Virus record (IMG/VR): IMGVR_UViG_3300031951_000074
Coordinates: 1 to 64,000 of that record
Length of the DNA: 64,000 nt
Origin: a virus
Taxonomy: Duplodnaviria > Caudoviricetes
Strand: one strand, 5' to 3'
Shown here: piece after piece, positions 53,302 through 62,880 of the stretch
How the letters are laid out: the number at the start of each line of letters is the position of its first letter
Position numbering within the stretch: position 1 is the stretch's first letter
Notes under the pieces: generated by a model
Databases searched by the model: none
What the model was told of the DNA's origin: nothing
The model's input: the letters and a program-made list of their open reading frames with translations, nothing else
Made by a program: the position numbers and the translations under genes

Positions 53302-55326
53302 TTAACGTATTGGACAAGCGCCAGTACTGCAGTCTTGATCTAGCAATTCATCGAAACTATTGCTGGTTTCAATATCTACTGGTAACAACTTACGAACATA
53401 TTCTTCGTATGACTCTTTGGTAGTTACTTCTTGAGGCAGGTAAGGATATCCCAAATCTTTAGCAGTCTTGCTTGGATCGTTACGGAACAAGAAACTTACG
53501 GCAACATAACTATCCCAGTTTTGGTATAGCCAGTTTACAATTTCTTCTGTTTCATCCACGCTGTAAGAAATTGTACAGCTTACATTTTGTTGACAGTAGT
53601 TGTCCATCAACATCTTGTAAACTTCTAGCTGCTGAACAGCGGAATCCAAGTTTACTTCTTTGTTATCGACTACATCAAACTCTACTCCGTCATTTTTGAC
53701 CGGAAATGTAATCAGTGTAGCACTGTCGTCGTAGGGATGGTTAAAAACATTATAGTTTGCACTACGTAGCTTTTCCACTAGTGGATCGTACTTTGAAAAA
53801 GCAACATTGTTGAAAATGTACTTTCCAAGCGGCTTGTGCATTCCCTCCAGTGAATCATAACACTTTGATTGTGTGCCTTCAGGCTTCAAAGCAGTAATAT
53901 TCTTTGGATAGGACAAGTCCAGTTCTTTAGCCATTTCGTAGGCAGCGGCTGTAACAACACGCTCTAAACGTCGATAGTCATAGGCCTTCATGTCGTTGCG
54001 ACCGGCTACACCCATCAGACTAACACCACACAATCGTAGGTGTTCGTTGTTTAAGTGCCAGCTTTCTTGTAATATACCGTCTCTGAAATCTACAACAGTC
54101 TGACGGTAGTTGGCGCGAGCAATAATTTTTGCTGCACGCAATAGCCCCAAATTGTCGTTTTTGAACTTCAACACATCAATACTGACCAGATTGCAGAAGC
54201 CCTTGTTTGGCAACAAGATCTCTGCACAAGGATTCATTCCCACTGCCCAAGGTGCACGAGCACGAAGTTGTTGGCCGTTGATTAGTCCAGGCTCACCATT
54301 TCCGCCTTTATTGATCTTTTCAAACCAAGCAGTCAGCTCTTCGTAGCTGGGCTTTTTCCAGAAAATAATAGAATTATTACTCTGTGCACGGTGGTTATTG
54401 CCATTTTCCCAAATGTTGTACTTTGCTTCTGCAAAGTCGTAGATCACAGGACTGTGGTCGTCCAACACAGCAATCTGTGCGCTCCGACGAGTGCTCAACA
54501 CAGTACCCAATAGATTTACAATATCTAAGATGTCGATTTCTGATAGTAATGAATCGGCCTTTGCATTTAAGATTTCATAGACCTTTGTATAGGCTTTTGT
54601 CAAACCAACATCACCCTGACTCAACCAGCCGTAGTTCTTTAAACGAACGCCAGGCTTGCGAATCTGTGAAAAGTCCAACACCAGCTTTTGGGCTGCAAAC
54701 TTGCCAGCCAACAACTTGCCGATACTCTTGGCCCATGCCTCAGCTGAGTCTCCGATTCTAATGGTCCAGGTCTTGGTAGTATTGTCCCAAGTCTCTGTAT
54801 TAGTTTCGATTCCTTTATCGGTAGAATTATTACTGCGTACAATCTCCAGTTCTGGAATGTACTTTCGGAATCCTGTTAGTGAACCGCTAACAGGACGGAA
54901 GCCTACTCCACAGCCCTGCAGTAGTAACCAGAATACATCTACTACGTCGTATACAGTTTCCACATTTGTAAAACTGCAATTAAACATGCTGGCTTCACGA
55001 CGACGAGCAATGTCTGTTCCACCCAACCACAGAGTACGACCCGCAACCGCTACTTTGCGATCGTGTAGTAGTGCCTTCAACTCTTGCAGTTCCGACTCTT
55101 CTTTTTCAGTTAAAGCTACCCAGTCTTTTGACTCGCGTACAATGTTGTGAAGTGCAACATCTGGGATTAGGTTGTGTGTTTTTGCTCGTTCCCACAAAAA
55201 CCGTTGATGATTTACAACTCGTTCAACAGTTTGAGCCCAAGTCTCAAAAACTGTGCCTTCATCGTTTAATGGACGGTTGTAGGTTCGTCGTGTGATTACT
55301 TGTGCTCTTGTACTAGGATTATTCAT
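53302..55326 (-). CDS. nrdJ: Ribonucleotide reductase class II (AdoCbl-dependent, monomeric type)
   Basis: RRTYNR, AGRTLW, NCSF, NPCAEI, CNL, KPEGT, C-terminal CSTGACPIR; no NrdB partner gene in the window. Confidence 0.88.
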   Translation of the reverse strand: MNNPSTRAQVITRRTYNRPLNDEGTVFETWAQTVERVVNHQRFLWERAKTHNLIPDVALHNIVRESKDWVALTEKEESELQELKALLHDRKVAVAGRTLWLGGTDIARRREASMFNCSFTNVETVYDVVDVFWLLLQGCGVGFRPVSGSLTGFRKYIPELEIVRSNNSTDKGIETNTETWDNTTKTWTIRIGDSAEAWAKSIGKLLAGKFAAQKLVLDFSQIRKPGVRLKNYGWLSQGDVGLTKAYTKVYEILNAKADSLLSEIDILDIVNLLGTVLSTRRSAQIAVLDDHSPVIYDFAEAKYNIWENGNNHRAQSNNSIIFWKKPSYEELTAWFEKINKGGNGEPGLINGQQLRARAPWAVGMNPCAEILLPNKGFCNLVSIDVLKFKNDNLGLLRAAKIIARANYRQTVVDFRDGILQESWHLNNEHLRLCGVSLMGVAGRNDMKAYDYRRLERVVTAAAYEMAKELDLSYPKNITALKPEGTQSKCYDSLEGMHKPLGKYIFNNVAFSKYDPLVEKLRSANYNVFNHPYDDSATLITFPVKNDGVEFDVVDNKEVNLDSAVQQLEVYKMLMDNYCQQNVSCTISYSVDETEEIVNWLYQNWDSYVAVSFLFRNDPSKTAKDLGYPYLPQEVTTKESYEEYVRKLLPVDIETSNSFDELLDQDCSTGACPIR

Positions 55327-55636
55327 TTCTTGGTTTCCACAATTTGCTAAATTTTAATACATTTGGTACGTCTTGTCTTGGACACACCACAATACAGCTT
55401 TTGACACCATCCAGTGTTTTGCTTTCATGTGCTAAATACACCAGTTCTAAAGCTGCGATCTTCTCAAATTCTTTTTTGTTTACTCTTACAACACACTTTT
55501 TAAAGGAATTGTTTAGCCACAGATTATAGTCTAGTATGTCCTTAAAAAGTAAATGCGCACCCAATACTGAGTGCGCAACAAGAGTCGGTGTTATAAAGTC
55601 CGGTACGTCTTCTAACACCGCTATATACAGCTTCAT
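55319..55636 (-). CDS. Peptidyl-tRNA hydrolase (Pth2-like fold)
   Basis: KLYIAV...LVAH...W...FKKCVV...P pattern. Confidence 0.55.
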   Translation of the reverse strand: MKLYIAVLEDVPDFITPTLVAHSVLGAHLLFKDILDYNLWLNNSFKKCVVRVNKKEFEKIAALELVYLAHESKTLDGVKSCIVVCPRQDVPNVLKFSKLWKPRNE

Positions 55637-56202
55637 TGCTTTCCAGTACTGCCAAATCCGCCAGCACCACGAGCTGTGTTATTCCATTGTTCTTCTGTGG
55701 AATAATTGTCTACTTTTATCATTGCGTAAGGAACAGGCATTACAACCAACTGTACTACGCGCTCATTTTTGGGAATTATTACTCCATTTTCAAATTCGCC
55801 CACGTACATCAAGCTGGCCAAGATCTCTCCTCGATAATCAGAGTCGATTACGCCAACAGAATTGGTCATAACAATGTTATTTTTGCTCAGTGAACTGCGA
55901 GGAAATAACAGTCCTACATGATTTTCTGGAATAATTGCTCTGACCCCAGTACCTACCAGTGTGCGCTTGTTTGGCTTTAAAACAACTTCCTCTTTAGACC
56001 TTAAATCAAACCCAGCACTTCCGTTTGTGCCTTTTTGAGGAATCAAGTCTCCGTGTTCTACCTTTACCACTAGTGGCATATACGGCTTTGTAACTCTCAC
56101 ACTAGTACCACCATCTGCACAACCACTGTAGTAGTAGGTGTCTTCGTTTGTGTATTTAAACACTCCTCCAGTTACATCACCAAATTTAAAATGTTCAACC
56201 AT
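55633..56202 (-). CDS. dut: dUTPase (trimeric)
   Basis: AGFDL, PRSS, GVIDSDYRGE, Q, RGAGGFGSTG. Confidence 0.95.
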   Translation of the reverse strand: MVEHFKFGDVTGGVFKYTNEDTYYYSGCADGGTSVRVTKPYMPLVVKVEHGDLIPQKGTNGSAGFDLRSKEEVVLKPNKRTLVGTGVRAIIPENHVGLLFPRSSLSKNNIVMTNSVGVIDSDYRGEILASLMYVGEFENGVIIPKNERVVQLVVMPVPYAMIKVDNYSTEEQWNNTARGAGGFGSTGKQ

Positions 56203-57043
56203 TGCTTTTTAATACCTCTTTAATAGTGTTGCAGTTTGTTTCGCCTAATGCTTCGTCGCAAAATTCCAACAAATCCATTAGTTTATAGTTGTTTAGTAGT
56301 TGCGCGGCCCCAAAATCGTTAAGATTACTGATATACTTATAACGACTGCTAATGGGCATATTAGCAATAATATCGTAACAAGTTCCGTACTCTTTAACAA
56401 GAGCCTGTGCTTTCTTAGGACCAATGCCAACAACACCAGGAATGTTGTCACCAGCATCACCCATAAGACACTTGATAGAGATATGGTCATCTGGATCGTA
56501 GTCATAGTGAGTACTCCAGTTATCCCAAGTGACCTCTTTACGTGTTACGTAAGAGAACCTCATTACATCAGGTCTAATCAACAAATCCCAGTCTTTATCG
56601 CTAGAGATCAAAACAATATTTTTGAATCCAAACTGCTTTTTGTGTTTTACAACATAAGCAGCAATATCGTCGGCTTCACACTTGTCAAACCTAAAAACAG
56701 GATATTTGTTTTTGTTTTGATAGTCTTCTATTGTTCTGTTGAACTCGTTAAAGAACATTTCAAACGCTTTGCGTTCTTCTTCGGTTTGAGTTTCAAACTT
56801 GTCTTTGCGATTTTGCTTGTAGGTTGGTAGTAGATTCTTTCTGTAGCTGCTGCTACCACTATCACAAGCCAAGATTACTTTGGATGCTTTGTAAGACCTT
56901 TTTAGACTTTCTACTGTTTTTTGATATTCGTCTAGAAACTCAGCTGCTCCGCTGTGCTTCCAACGAAATCCCAAATTTAAGCAGTCTACAATCATTACCG
57001 TAGATTCTGCTTCTTGTGTTAGATTGTTAAATGTTTTGCTCAT
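56195..57043 (-). CDS. D15: Flap endonuclease / 5'-3' exonuclease (T5 D15)
   Basis: IVDCLNL, YKQNR, EADD, SSDKDW, GDAGDNIPGV.GIGPK. Confidence 0.95.
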   Translation of the reverse strand: MSKTFNNLTQEAESTVMIVDCLNLGFRWKHSGAAEFLDEYQKTVESLKRSYKASKVILACDSGSSSYRKNLLPTYKQNRKDKFETQTEEERKAFEMFFNEFNRTIEDYQNKNKYPVFRFDKCEADDIAAYVVKHKKQFGFKNIVLISSDKDWDLLIRPDVMRFSYVTRKEVTWDNWSTHYDYDPDDHISIKCLMGDAGDNIPGVVGIGPKKAQALVKEYGTCYDIIANMPISSRYKYISNLNDFGAAQLLNNYKLMDLLEFCDEALGETNCNTIKEVLKSNG

Positions 57044-57049
57044 TTATAA

Positions 57050-57078
57050 ATTATATACTATTGTGATGTTTTTATCAA
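57050..57078 (-). promoter_or_regulatory. Promoter giving a probably leaderless D15 mRNA
   Basis: TTGATA-N17-TATAAT ending about 6 nt before the ATG. Confidence 0.6.
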
Positions 57079-57527
57079 GTCACAAATTTGGGATTTGTGT
57101 GGGTTATCCAGTCTTCTAGTATCGACACAAAAAACTGATGCGGATCTCTGGAAATATAAACAAAGTTATAGTCCACATCAGGAAAGTCCTCAAATCCAAC
57201 AAAGATTTTGCTGCGATCGTGTTTGAATAACAGCAGTGGCTTTTTATTTACTTGAACGGCCTGTCTAACAGCTTGAGACCACCAATCAATTATAGTAGGA
57301 TTTTTACTTGTTAGTATTTCCGACGTCAAATGATCTTCTTTGTAGTGTTTGCATTCTACACAGAATACGTTGGTAACTCCAGGCACGTACAGATCTCCCT
57401 TTAATAGGTGTTTAGGATCTAGTGCCCCGCTGCCTGGAGTTCTTTGCCAGCCCAAGCCCGTTAGGGCTTTGAGCTTGTCTTTTATTAGTGTTTCTGCTCT
57501 TGAACCTTTGTCTCTGCTGTCAACCAT
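57075..57527 (-). CDS. D14: T5 D14-like PD-(D/E)xK nuclease / resolvase
   Basis: VDSRDKG.RAE, PGSGA, KGDL, VECK, WW.Q. Confidence 0.9.
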   Translation of the reverse strand: MVDSRDKGSRAETLIKDKLKALTGLGWQRTPGSGALDPKHLLKGDLYVPGVTNVFCVECKHYKEDHLTSEILTSKNPTIIDWWSQAVRQAVQVNKKPLLLFKHDRSKIFVGFEDFPDVDYNFVYISRDPHQFFVSILEDWITHTNPKFVT

Positions 57528-59319
57528 TCTCTATCCTTGATATATTCTTTGTTTTTACAACATGAATCTTTTCTAACAAAGGATGAGAAAATCCGTGAGA
57601 GATAATAAAAGTGTTCAAGTAAGGTTCTTGTAACAACACTTCTATTAGCTTTTCTTTGCCTTCTAGGTCTAGATTCTCAATTGTTTCATCTAAAATCAAC
57701 ACATTGATTCGTGTATTGCTAATACCCTGCATTAATTTGCGAATTCCCAACAGTGCAGCTGCATTTACTCGTGCACGCTCACCACTGCTCAGTGCAGTCA
57801 TTTCTATGTCTTTGCCGTTGTCTGTTACTACAACGTTCAATTTGTCACTGTCATTGATTTTAAAACTGAGCTGAAACCTTCCATCACTCAATGTACTCAA
57901 GTAACGGTTGATTAAATCTTCTAAGTCTTTTACCAAACACTCTATCTTGTACGCAATCAATCCAGTACTGCTAAAAGTTTTTGTCAAAACGCCGATTTTG
58001 GAGATTTTATCTTCTAACAGCTTTTTGGACTCAAACAGTTCTAACAACTCTTTGTTGTGGTCTACCAATTGTTCTTTTATCAACACCACTCTTGCATTGT
58101 GAGCCAATACTTCGTTGTTTGTTTTTGTGGCTGCTGCAATAGAGGCTTCAATATCTTTTATTTTGATACTATTGACAGCTATTTCTTTTTCTAGTTCTTT
58201 TTGATCTGTTGTTGTCTTTTCCATTGTTGGATCGTACAGATTGTAGTATTCTTCATACTGCTTTTTAGAACGCTCTTTACGTTCCCATTCTGAAACGTCC
58301 TTGTAAAAACTAGAAATAACTTCTTCAAGCATCTTGGACTTGCTTAGTCCGGCCTCACAGATTTCATTGTGTTCTTGTACCAGTTCGTTGATCTTGGTCT
58401 GATCAATCTTCTGCAAACAGGTAGGACAAGAAGACCCTAACCTGTTCATTTTTAGTATAAAAGCAGAACTGTCTTTTACTGCTTTGTCGTGTTCTGCTTT
58501 TTCAGTAATCAGTGTGTTGACTAGTAGCTTCGGCTTTTCACCCGGTAGTTCAACAATTATGGAATCTAATAACTCTTTGTATTTGTTGTTTTGAATTACA
58601 CGCTTGTTGAGCTTTTCTAAGTTTCTCAGCCTGTCCAACAATACAGCATTCTTTTCTTCCAAGTCTTTTGGGTAATTCAACACCTCTACTAACGCTTTTT
58701 GTTCTTGTGGCTCTTTGGAGTACTTTTTGATCAAACTATCTGTTGTGTTTATTTTGGTGTTTATAACAGCCAGGTTCTTGTCTAGAGTTTTTAATTCTTC
58801 CTTAAAGTACTCACCAATCTCAACGTACTTGTTCAAATTCAACAAATCAATCAAAAACTTTTTGCGGTTTGTGTCAGTTGCTGTTAGAAACTCTAAACTT
58901 GCAGCACTGCTTTGGTATACAATCTGACAAAACGTTTTGTGATCGTACCCTATCAAACCCTCTATTGCTTTAAATGTGGCCGTTGCAGTGTGGCTGGAAA
59001 TGTCTGTGTTGTCTTTTAGTAGCACAACTGTTTGAGTAGCACCTCTAACAGTTTTTATGTTGTAAACACTGTTGTCTTTTTCAAACTCCAATTCAATAGA
59101 GTACGTCTTTGCTTTGGAGTTGCGGTTTAAGATATCGGCTTTTTTAATGTTTTTGCTGTTTTTGTTGTACAACACTTCTTCCAATATAAGTGCTATACTA
59201 CTCTTGCCGTGGCCGTTAAATCCTACAATCTGCGTTAAGGGACTGCTATCAAAATTAATATAGTTGTTTTCTCCATAAGAAAAAACATTGCTCCAACTCA
59301 TCTTTTTTAGTTTAATCAT
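57520..59319 (-). CDS. D13: SbcC/Rad50-like ATPase (T5 D13)
   Basis: GFNGHGKSS, CPTC hook, LSSGE, ILDE. Confidence 0.93.
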   Translation of the reverse strand: MIKLKKMSWSNVFSYGENNYINFDSSPLTQIVGFNGHGKSSIALILEEVLYNKNSKNIKKADILNRNSKAKTYSIELEFEKDNSVYNIKTVRGATQTVVLLKDNTDISSHTATATFKAIEGLIGYDHKTFCQIVYQSSAASLEFLTATDTNRKKFLIDLLNLNKYVEIGEYFKEELKTLDKNLAVINTKINTTDSLIKKYSKEPQEQKALVEVLNYPKDLEEKNAVLLDRLRNLEKLNKRVIQNNKYKELLDSIIVELPGEKPKLLVNTLITEKAEHDKAVKDSSAFILKMNRLGSSCPTCLQKIDQTKINELVQEHNEICEAGLSKSKMLEEVISSFYKDVSEWERKERSKKQYEEYYNLYDPTMEKTTTDQKELEKEIAVNSIKIKDIEASIAAATKTNNEVLAHNARVVLIKEQLVDHNKELLELFESKKLLEDKISKIGVLTKTFSSTGLIAYKIECLVKDLEDLINRYLSTLSDGRFQLSFKINDSDKLNVVVTDNGKDIEMTALSSGERARVNAAALLGIRKLMQGISNTRINVLILDETIENLDLEGKEKLIEVLLQEPYLNTFIISHGFSHPLLEKIHVVKTKNISRIENG

Positions 59320-59564
59320 TTTTTATTCATAAAGTAAAGTTCTAGCCCTCCAAGACCACCAACGTGTTCGCCTTCAACAAAAATCTGTGGCACACTTCGT
59401 GCATTGGGTAATACCTCAAACAGATCTTTTTTAGTCCAGGTGCCTTCGCCTATCAGTCTGTAGTCTACCACATAGTCCATGCTTTCTAGTATTGCTTTTG
59501 CTTTTTTGCACGCAACACAGTTTGTTTGACCCCAAACTACAGCAGTTTTACCACTTTGATTCAT
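59316..59564 (-). CDS. Glutaredoxin
   Basis: CVAC, SVPQIF, HVGG. Confidence 0.9.
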   Translation of the reverse strand: MNQSGKTAVVWGQTNCVACKKAKAILESMDYVVDYRLIGEGTWTKKDLFEVLPNARSVPQIFVEGEHVGGLGGLELYFMNKK

Positions 59565-60513
59565 GATTTTTAAACTCCTCTATTACAGAACCCACAACTT
59601 CTTCGTTTAATCCAAGTGCGTATGTTAAGTACTCCTCTACTTCTTGTTGCAGTGTCATATTGGAGTCTAAAATAAGTGTTAGGTCATTTACTGTTTTTAC
59701 TAATTTTTTGTCTACGAGTTCGCTGTCTTCTATGTTTATCAACTCAGAAAGATTGCCTTCTACCTCATAAACAACATGATCAAAAGTACCTGGCGTCATT
59801 TCTTCACCAGCCTTGACCGTTTTACGAATTAATTGAGGTAGGTTTAATTTGTGCCAAGTATGGGTCAAGTCATCAGTGTCTAACACTACTACACCAGTTT
59901 CTATGGTATTACGGTGAAAGCTTGTAGAAAGTGGACTACCGGGATAGACAATATTACGCTGACTATTGCTATAACTGTGTAGATCGCCGGCAAGAACCAC
60001 CTGCCATCTGGAGAAAATATCGAGATCAACTTCTGCTTTAACATGGGGCGGAATATCTCCTCTGACATGGGTACATAAAATCTTGTTGTGTAGGCTGTGA
60101 AAAGCGTTGTCTTGCTCTTTTTCGTATTCCTTTAACTTGTTGTAAGGAATAATATCGATTGGTAGAACTGGATGTGACCAGTAGTCGTCTACGACTGTCA
60201 CTAATTTATTGACTTTGTTTGTGACCGCTTTTAGGCTGGTCAAAAATGTTGTGTTCTTTTTAACAGCTTCGTGATTTCCGCTGTAGATAAAAGTAGGAAT
60301 CTTGCAACTGGCGACAAAATTAAAGTAGATTTCTAACTCGTCCATGTTGGGTAGTTTGTCGAACACATCACCACCGACAACGAACAAGTCACAACCTTCT
60401 TGCAAGTCCCATAGCTGATCCAACAACATTTCGTAGCGGTTTAGGGTCCAGGTTGTGGGAACATTCTTTTGACCGATCTTTATGTGTATGTCTGCTGTGA
60501 ATAGTAATTTCAT
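59548..60513 (-). CDS. D12: SbcD/Mre11-like nuclease (T5 D12)
   Basis: ADIH, GDVFD, GNHE, GDLH, YPGSP. Confidence 0.93.
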   Translation of the reverse strand: MKLLFTADIHIKIGQKNVPTTWTLNRYEMLLDQLWDLQEGCDLFVVGGDVFDKLPNMDELEIYFNFVASCKIPTFIYSGNHEAVKKNTTFLTSLKAVTNKVNKLVTVVDDYWSHPVLPIDIIPYNKLKEYEKEQDNAFHSLHNKILCTHVRGDIPPHVKAEVDLDIFSRWQVVLAGDLHSYSNSQRNIVYPGSPLSTSFHRNTIETGVVVLDTDDLTHTWHKLNLPQLIRKTVKAGEEMTPGTFDHVVYEVEGNLSELINIEDSELVDKKLVKTVNDLTLILDSNMTLQQEVEEYLTYALGLNEEVVGSVIEEFKNHESKW

Positions 60514-60525
60514 GGTTTTTATAGT

Positions 60526-60565
60526 AAAAGAAGCCCCTAGGCTTTAGGCTTAGGGGCTTCTTTGT
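60526..60565 (-). terminator. Terminator after D11
   Basis: AAGAAGCCCCTA...TAGGGGCTTCTT. Confidence 0.75.
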
Positions 60566-61201
60566 TTATAGATCTTTGACTGATTCTTTGTCTACTGTTG
60601 CAGGAACTTCTTCGTCTACACCACTAGCAAACTTTTCTAGAAGTGCTAGTACGTCGTCGGGTGTTGGACGGGGGTACTTTGTGTCAATGCTTTCCGCTGC
60701 GTCCGCAACAGCCTGTTCGTCCTTTGATAGAGCCCTGCGCTTGCACTTCAAAACTGCAAGAGTGTATTCTACATTGAAAGGTAGAGGGCCAGTCTTTTGA
60801 CGCTTGAACACTACGTCCCAACCAGTATCGTAATCAGTAGGATCGCCCAGGTCTTCTGCAGCAGTTAGGATCTGCTCAAACAGCTTCTTTTTAAGGTTCA
60901 ATACCTTGACCTTGCCGTCCTTTGGATCAATACAGTTGATGCTGTAAGACCAAGAGCACTTGGCTTCTGGATAAAACGTTGGTACGTGATCTGTTTCTTT
61001 GTTTGTAAACTTTTCTTTGTCACGATCAAAAGCCAGGCATTCTACGGGAATATCTTTGTTGTTGCTTCCCTTTAGCCAGTAAACATACCGTGGCAGTACT
61101 CCGCCAACTAGTCGTACTACATTCTCGCCATCTTTGTACTCGTATGCTTCTACTGACTTCTTTACTGCCTTGCCCTTTGTTTCGTTAAACTTTAGTGCCA
61201 T
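60566..61201 (-). CDS. D11: T5 D11-like single-stranded DNA-binding protein
   Basis: VLPRYVYW, ECLAFDR, KKLFEQI, TGPLPFNVEY. Confidence 0.88.
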   Translation of the reverse strand: MALKFNETKGKAVKKSVEAYEYKDGENVVRLVGGVLPRYVYWLKGSNNKDIPVECLAFDRDKEKFTNKETDHVPTFYPEAKCSWSYSINCIDPKDGKVKVLNLKKKLFEQILTAAEDLGDPTDYDTGWDVVFKRQKTGPLPFNVEYTLAVLKCKRRALSKDEQAVADAAESIDTKYPRPTPDDVLALLEKFASGVDEEVPATVDKESVKDL

Positions 61202-61583
61202 GATCTTCCTCGTGTTTAAACTTTATTTGTTTGTTGGTGATTGTTAGTAACGGATTGTTTTTTATGTTTTGTATATTTAAATCCGGAAAAAAACTTAAAT
61301 CTAAGTATTTTATCTTGTATGTTCTATACAGTAACAGATCGCGACGTCCTGCTAGTTTAATGTATTGTACTATGTCTGAGAGTTTGCGATCTGTACTATA
61401 TAAAACCGGATTCGGATTTAAAATAAAACTATTTCCTGCAAGTGACTTTGTTAGTGGCTTGTATTTTTCTTTCTTGGGTACTACTATTGTTTTTTCGTGA
61501 TGATACTTTAACAGTTTTAAAAACTTTTCATCATTATTTTCAGCTTCTTGCTCTAGAAGACTCAAATTAAAAAATAAAGCCAT
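61185..61583 (-). CDS. Conserved T5-like hypothetical protein
   Basis: FFN...GNSFILN...QYIKLAGRR...NPLL; promoter TTGCAA-N17-TATAAT at 61631-61603. Confidence 0.75.
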   Translation of the reverse strand: MALFFNLSLLEQEAENNDEKFLKLLKYHHEKTIVVPKKEKYKPLTKSLAGNSFILNPNPVLYSTDRKLSDIVQYIKLAGRRDLLLYRTYKIKYLDLSFFPDLNIQNIKNNPLLTITNKQIKFKHEEDHGTKV

Positions 61584-61640
61584 ATTCGCCTCAAGAACAA
61601 CTATTATAGCACTTTGGCTATGTCGTTGCAAGTGTAAATT

Positions 61641-61943
61641 TTAGTTAGGTTTGTTATTGTTGTTAATAACTGGTTTGTTGTAGTAATAGGTTAGTTTTTC
61701 CCATAGTTTTAATAAACCAGGAGTATAGAGATCTACTATTAATGCGAAAATATTTATTACAGGCATAAAAGAAGCAACAAGCCTTAACACTACGTCACCC
61801 CACGTGAGTTTGACAACGTAGTAGTCTAAGTTATCTCTGCTTTTATCTCGCTTATAATCTTGGTAGGTTTTGTAAGTATATCCAATCAAACACAGTATTG
61901 TTGGTAAAACATACACTAGTATTATTAAATTAAAGTTGGTCAA
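61641..61943 (-). CDS. Membrane protein
   Basis: Two hydrophobic segments, MPVIN. Confidence 0.6.
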   Translation of the reverse strand: MTNFNLIILVYVLPTILCLIGYTYKTYQDYKRDKSRDNLDYYVVKLTWGDVVLRLVASFMPVINIFALIVDLYTPGLLKLWEKLTYYYNKPVINNNNKPN

Positions 61944-62880
61944 TTTTCCATCCTTTGCTCAAGTAAAATCCCATCTTTATAGCCTGTTGTTTCTTTTCTG
62001 CAGGACTATTGAAATGTAAATCAATGACTACGGGATCCTGTTTGTCTTCATGCATTCTCATTACTCGTCCAATGATCTGCTCTAAGTTTACTAGGTTAGA
62101 GCTTGGTACTGGCAGAATAACGCAACTCAAACGGTTGATTGAAATCCCTTCTGAGAATATCTGACGCGATCCAGCAATACACAACACTTTGCCGTTGTTG
62201 ACTTTTTCTGCGATTTGCTGTCGTTCTTCAAAAGAGGTTTTGCCTGTAACAAGCGCGCAATCTTCACCAAGTTTTTCCTTTAAATTTTCTAGAAATTCTA
62301 CTCTATCAGCAATAACTAAAACACTGTGCTTTTGAAGGATTTGTGCTCTAGCTACGCCAGCTACAAAGTTTTGATAGTCTTCGTCGTACAATAATTCGTT
62401 TATTTTTTCAACCCAAGTCTTTGAACTACTCAATCGTAGTCCTGTGTTCAGTATTTTAACTGTGGGGTTCAACGTATTGCTTTGTGGTGGACGAATTACT
62501 TTTGTTCCAAAAAAGTCTTTGAACAAAACGTGCTTTTTGTCTTTTCGTTCCATTGTCCCACTCAGTGCAATTCTATAACGAGAATACATAGAGTCTAAAA
62601 ACTCGTGAAACGTTTCAGCTGGAACGTGGTGTGCTTCGTCTAGGATAATGGTTCCAAACTCTTTTTGAATTTGTGGAACCATTTTAATAGCAGTCTGAAT
62701 GTTTGCTATAACAATAAAATGATCTTCGATGTCAAACACACCGCTGCCAATGATGCCAGGCTTCATTCCAAATAGCTTTTCTACTTCTGTAGCCCACTGA
62801 TCTCGTAGGAAAGTATTGTGAGTTAAGACCAGTGTTTTTTGTTCTAGTTTTTTAGCAATGTGCAATGCAGTAAATGTTTT
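61930..62880 (-). CDS. D10: D10-like SF2 helicase, exon 2
   Basis: Starts KTFTAL (second half of Walker A), DEAHH, SGT, QIIGRVMR. Confidence 0.9.
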   Translation of the reverse strand, partial: KTFTALHIAKKLEQKTLVLTHNTFLRDQWATEVEKLFGMKPGIIGSGVFDIEDHFIVIANIQTAIKMVPQIQKEFGTIILDEAHHVPAETFHEFLDSMYSRYRIALSGTMERKDKKHVLFKDFFGTKVIRPPQSNTLNPTVKILNTGLRLSSSKTWVEKINELLYDEDYQNFVAGVARAQILQKHSVLVIADRVEFLENLKEKLGEDCALVTGKTSFEERQQIAEKVNNGKVLCIAGSRQIFSEGISINRLSCVILPVPSSNLVNLEQIIGRVMRMHEDKQDPVVIDLHFNSPAEKKQQAIKMGFYLSKGWKIDQL

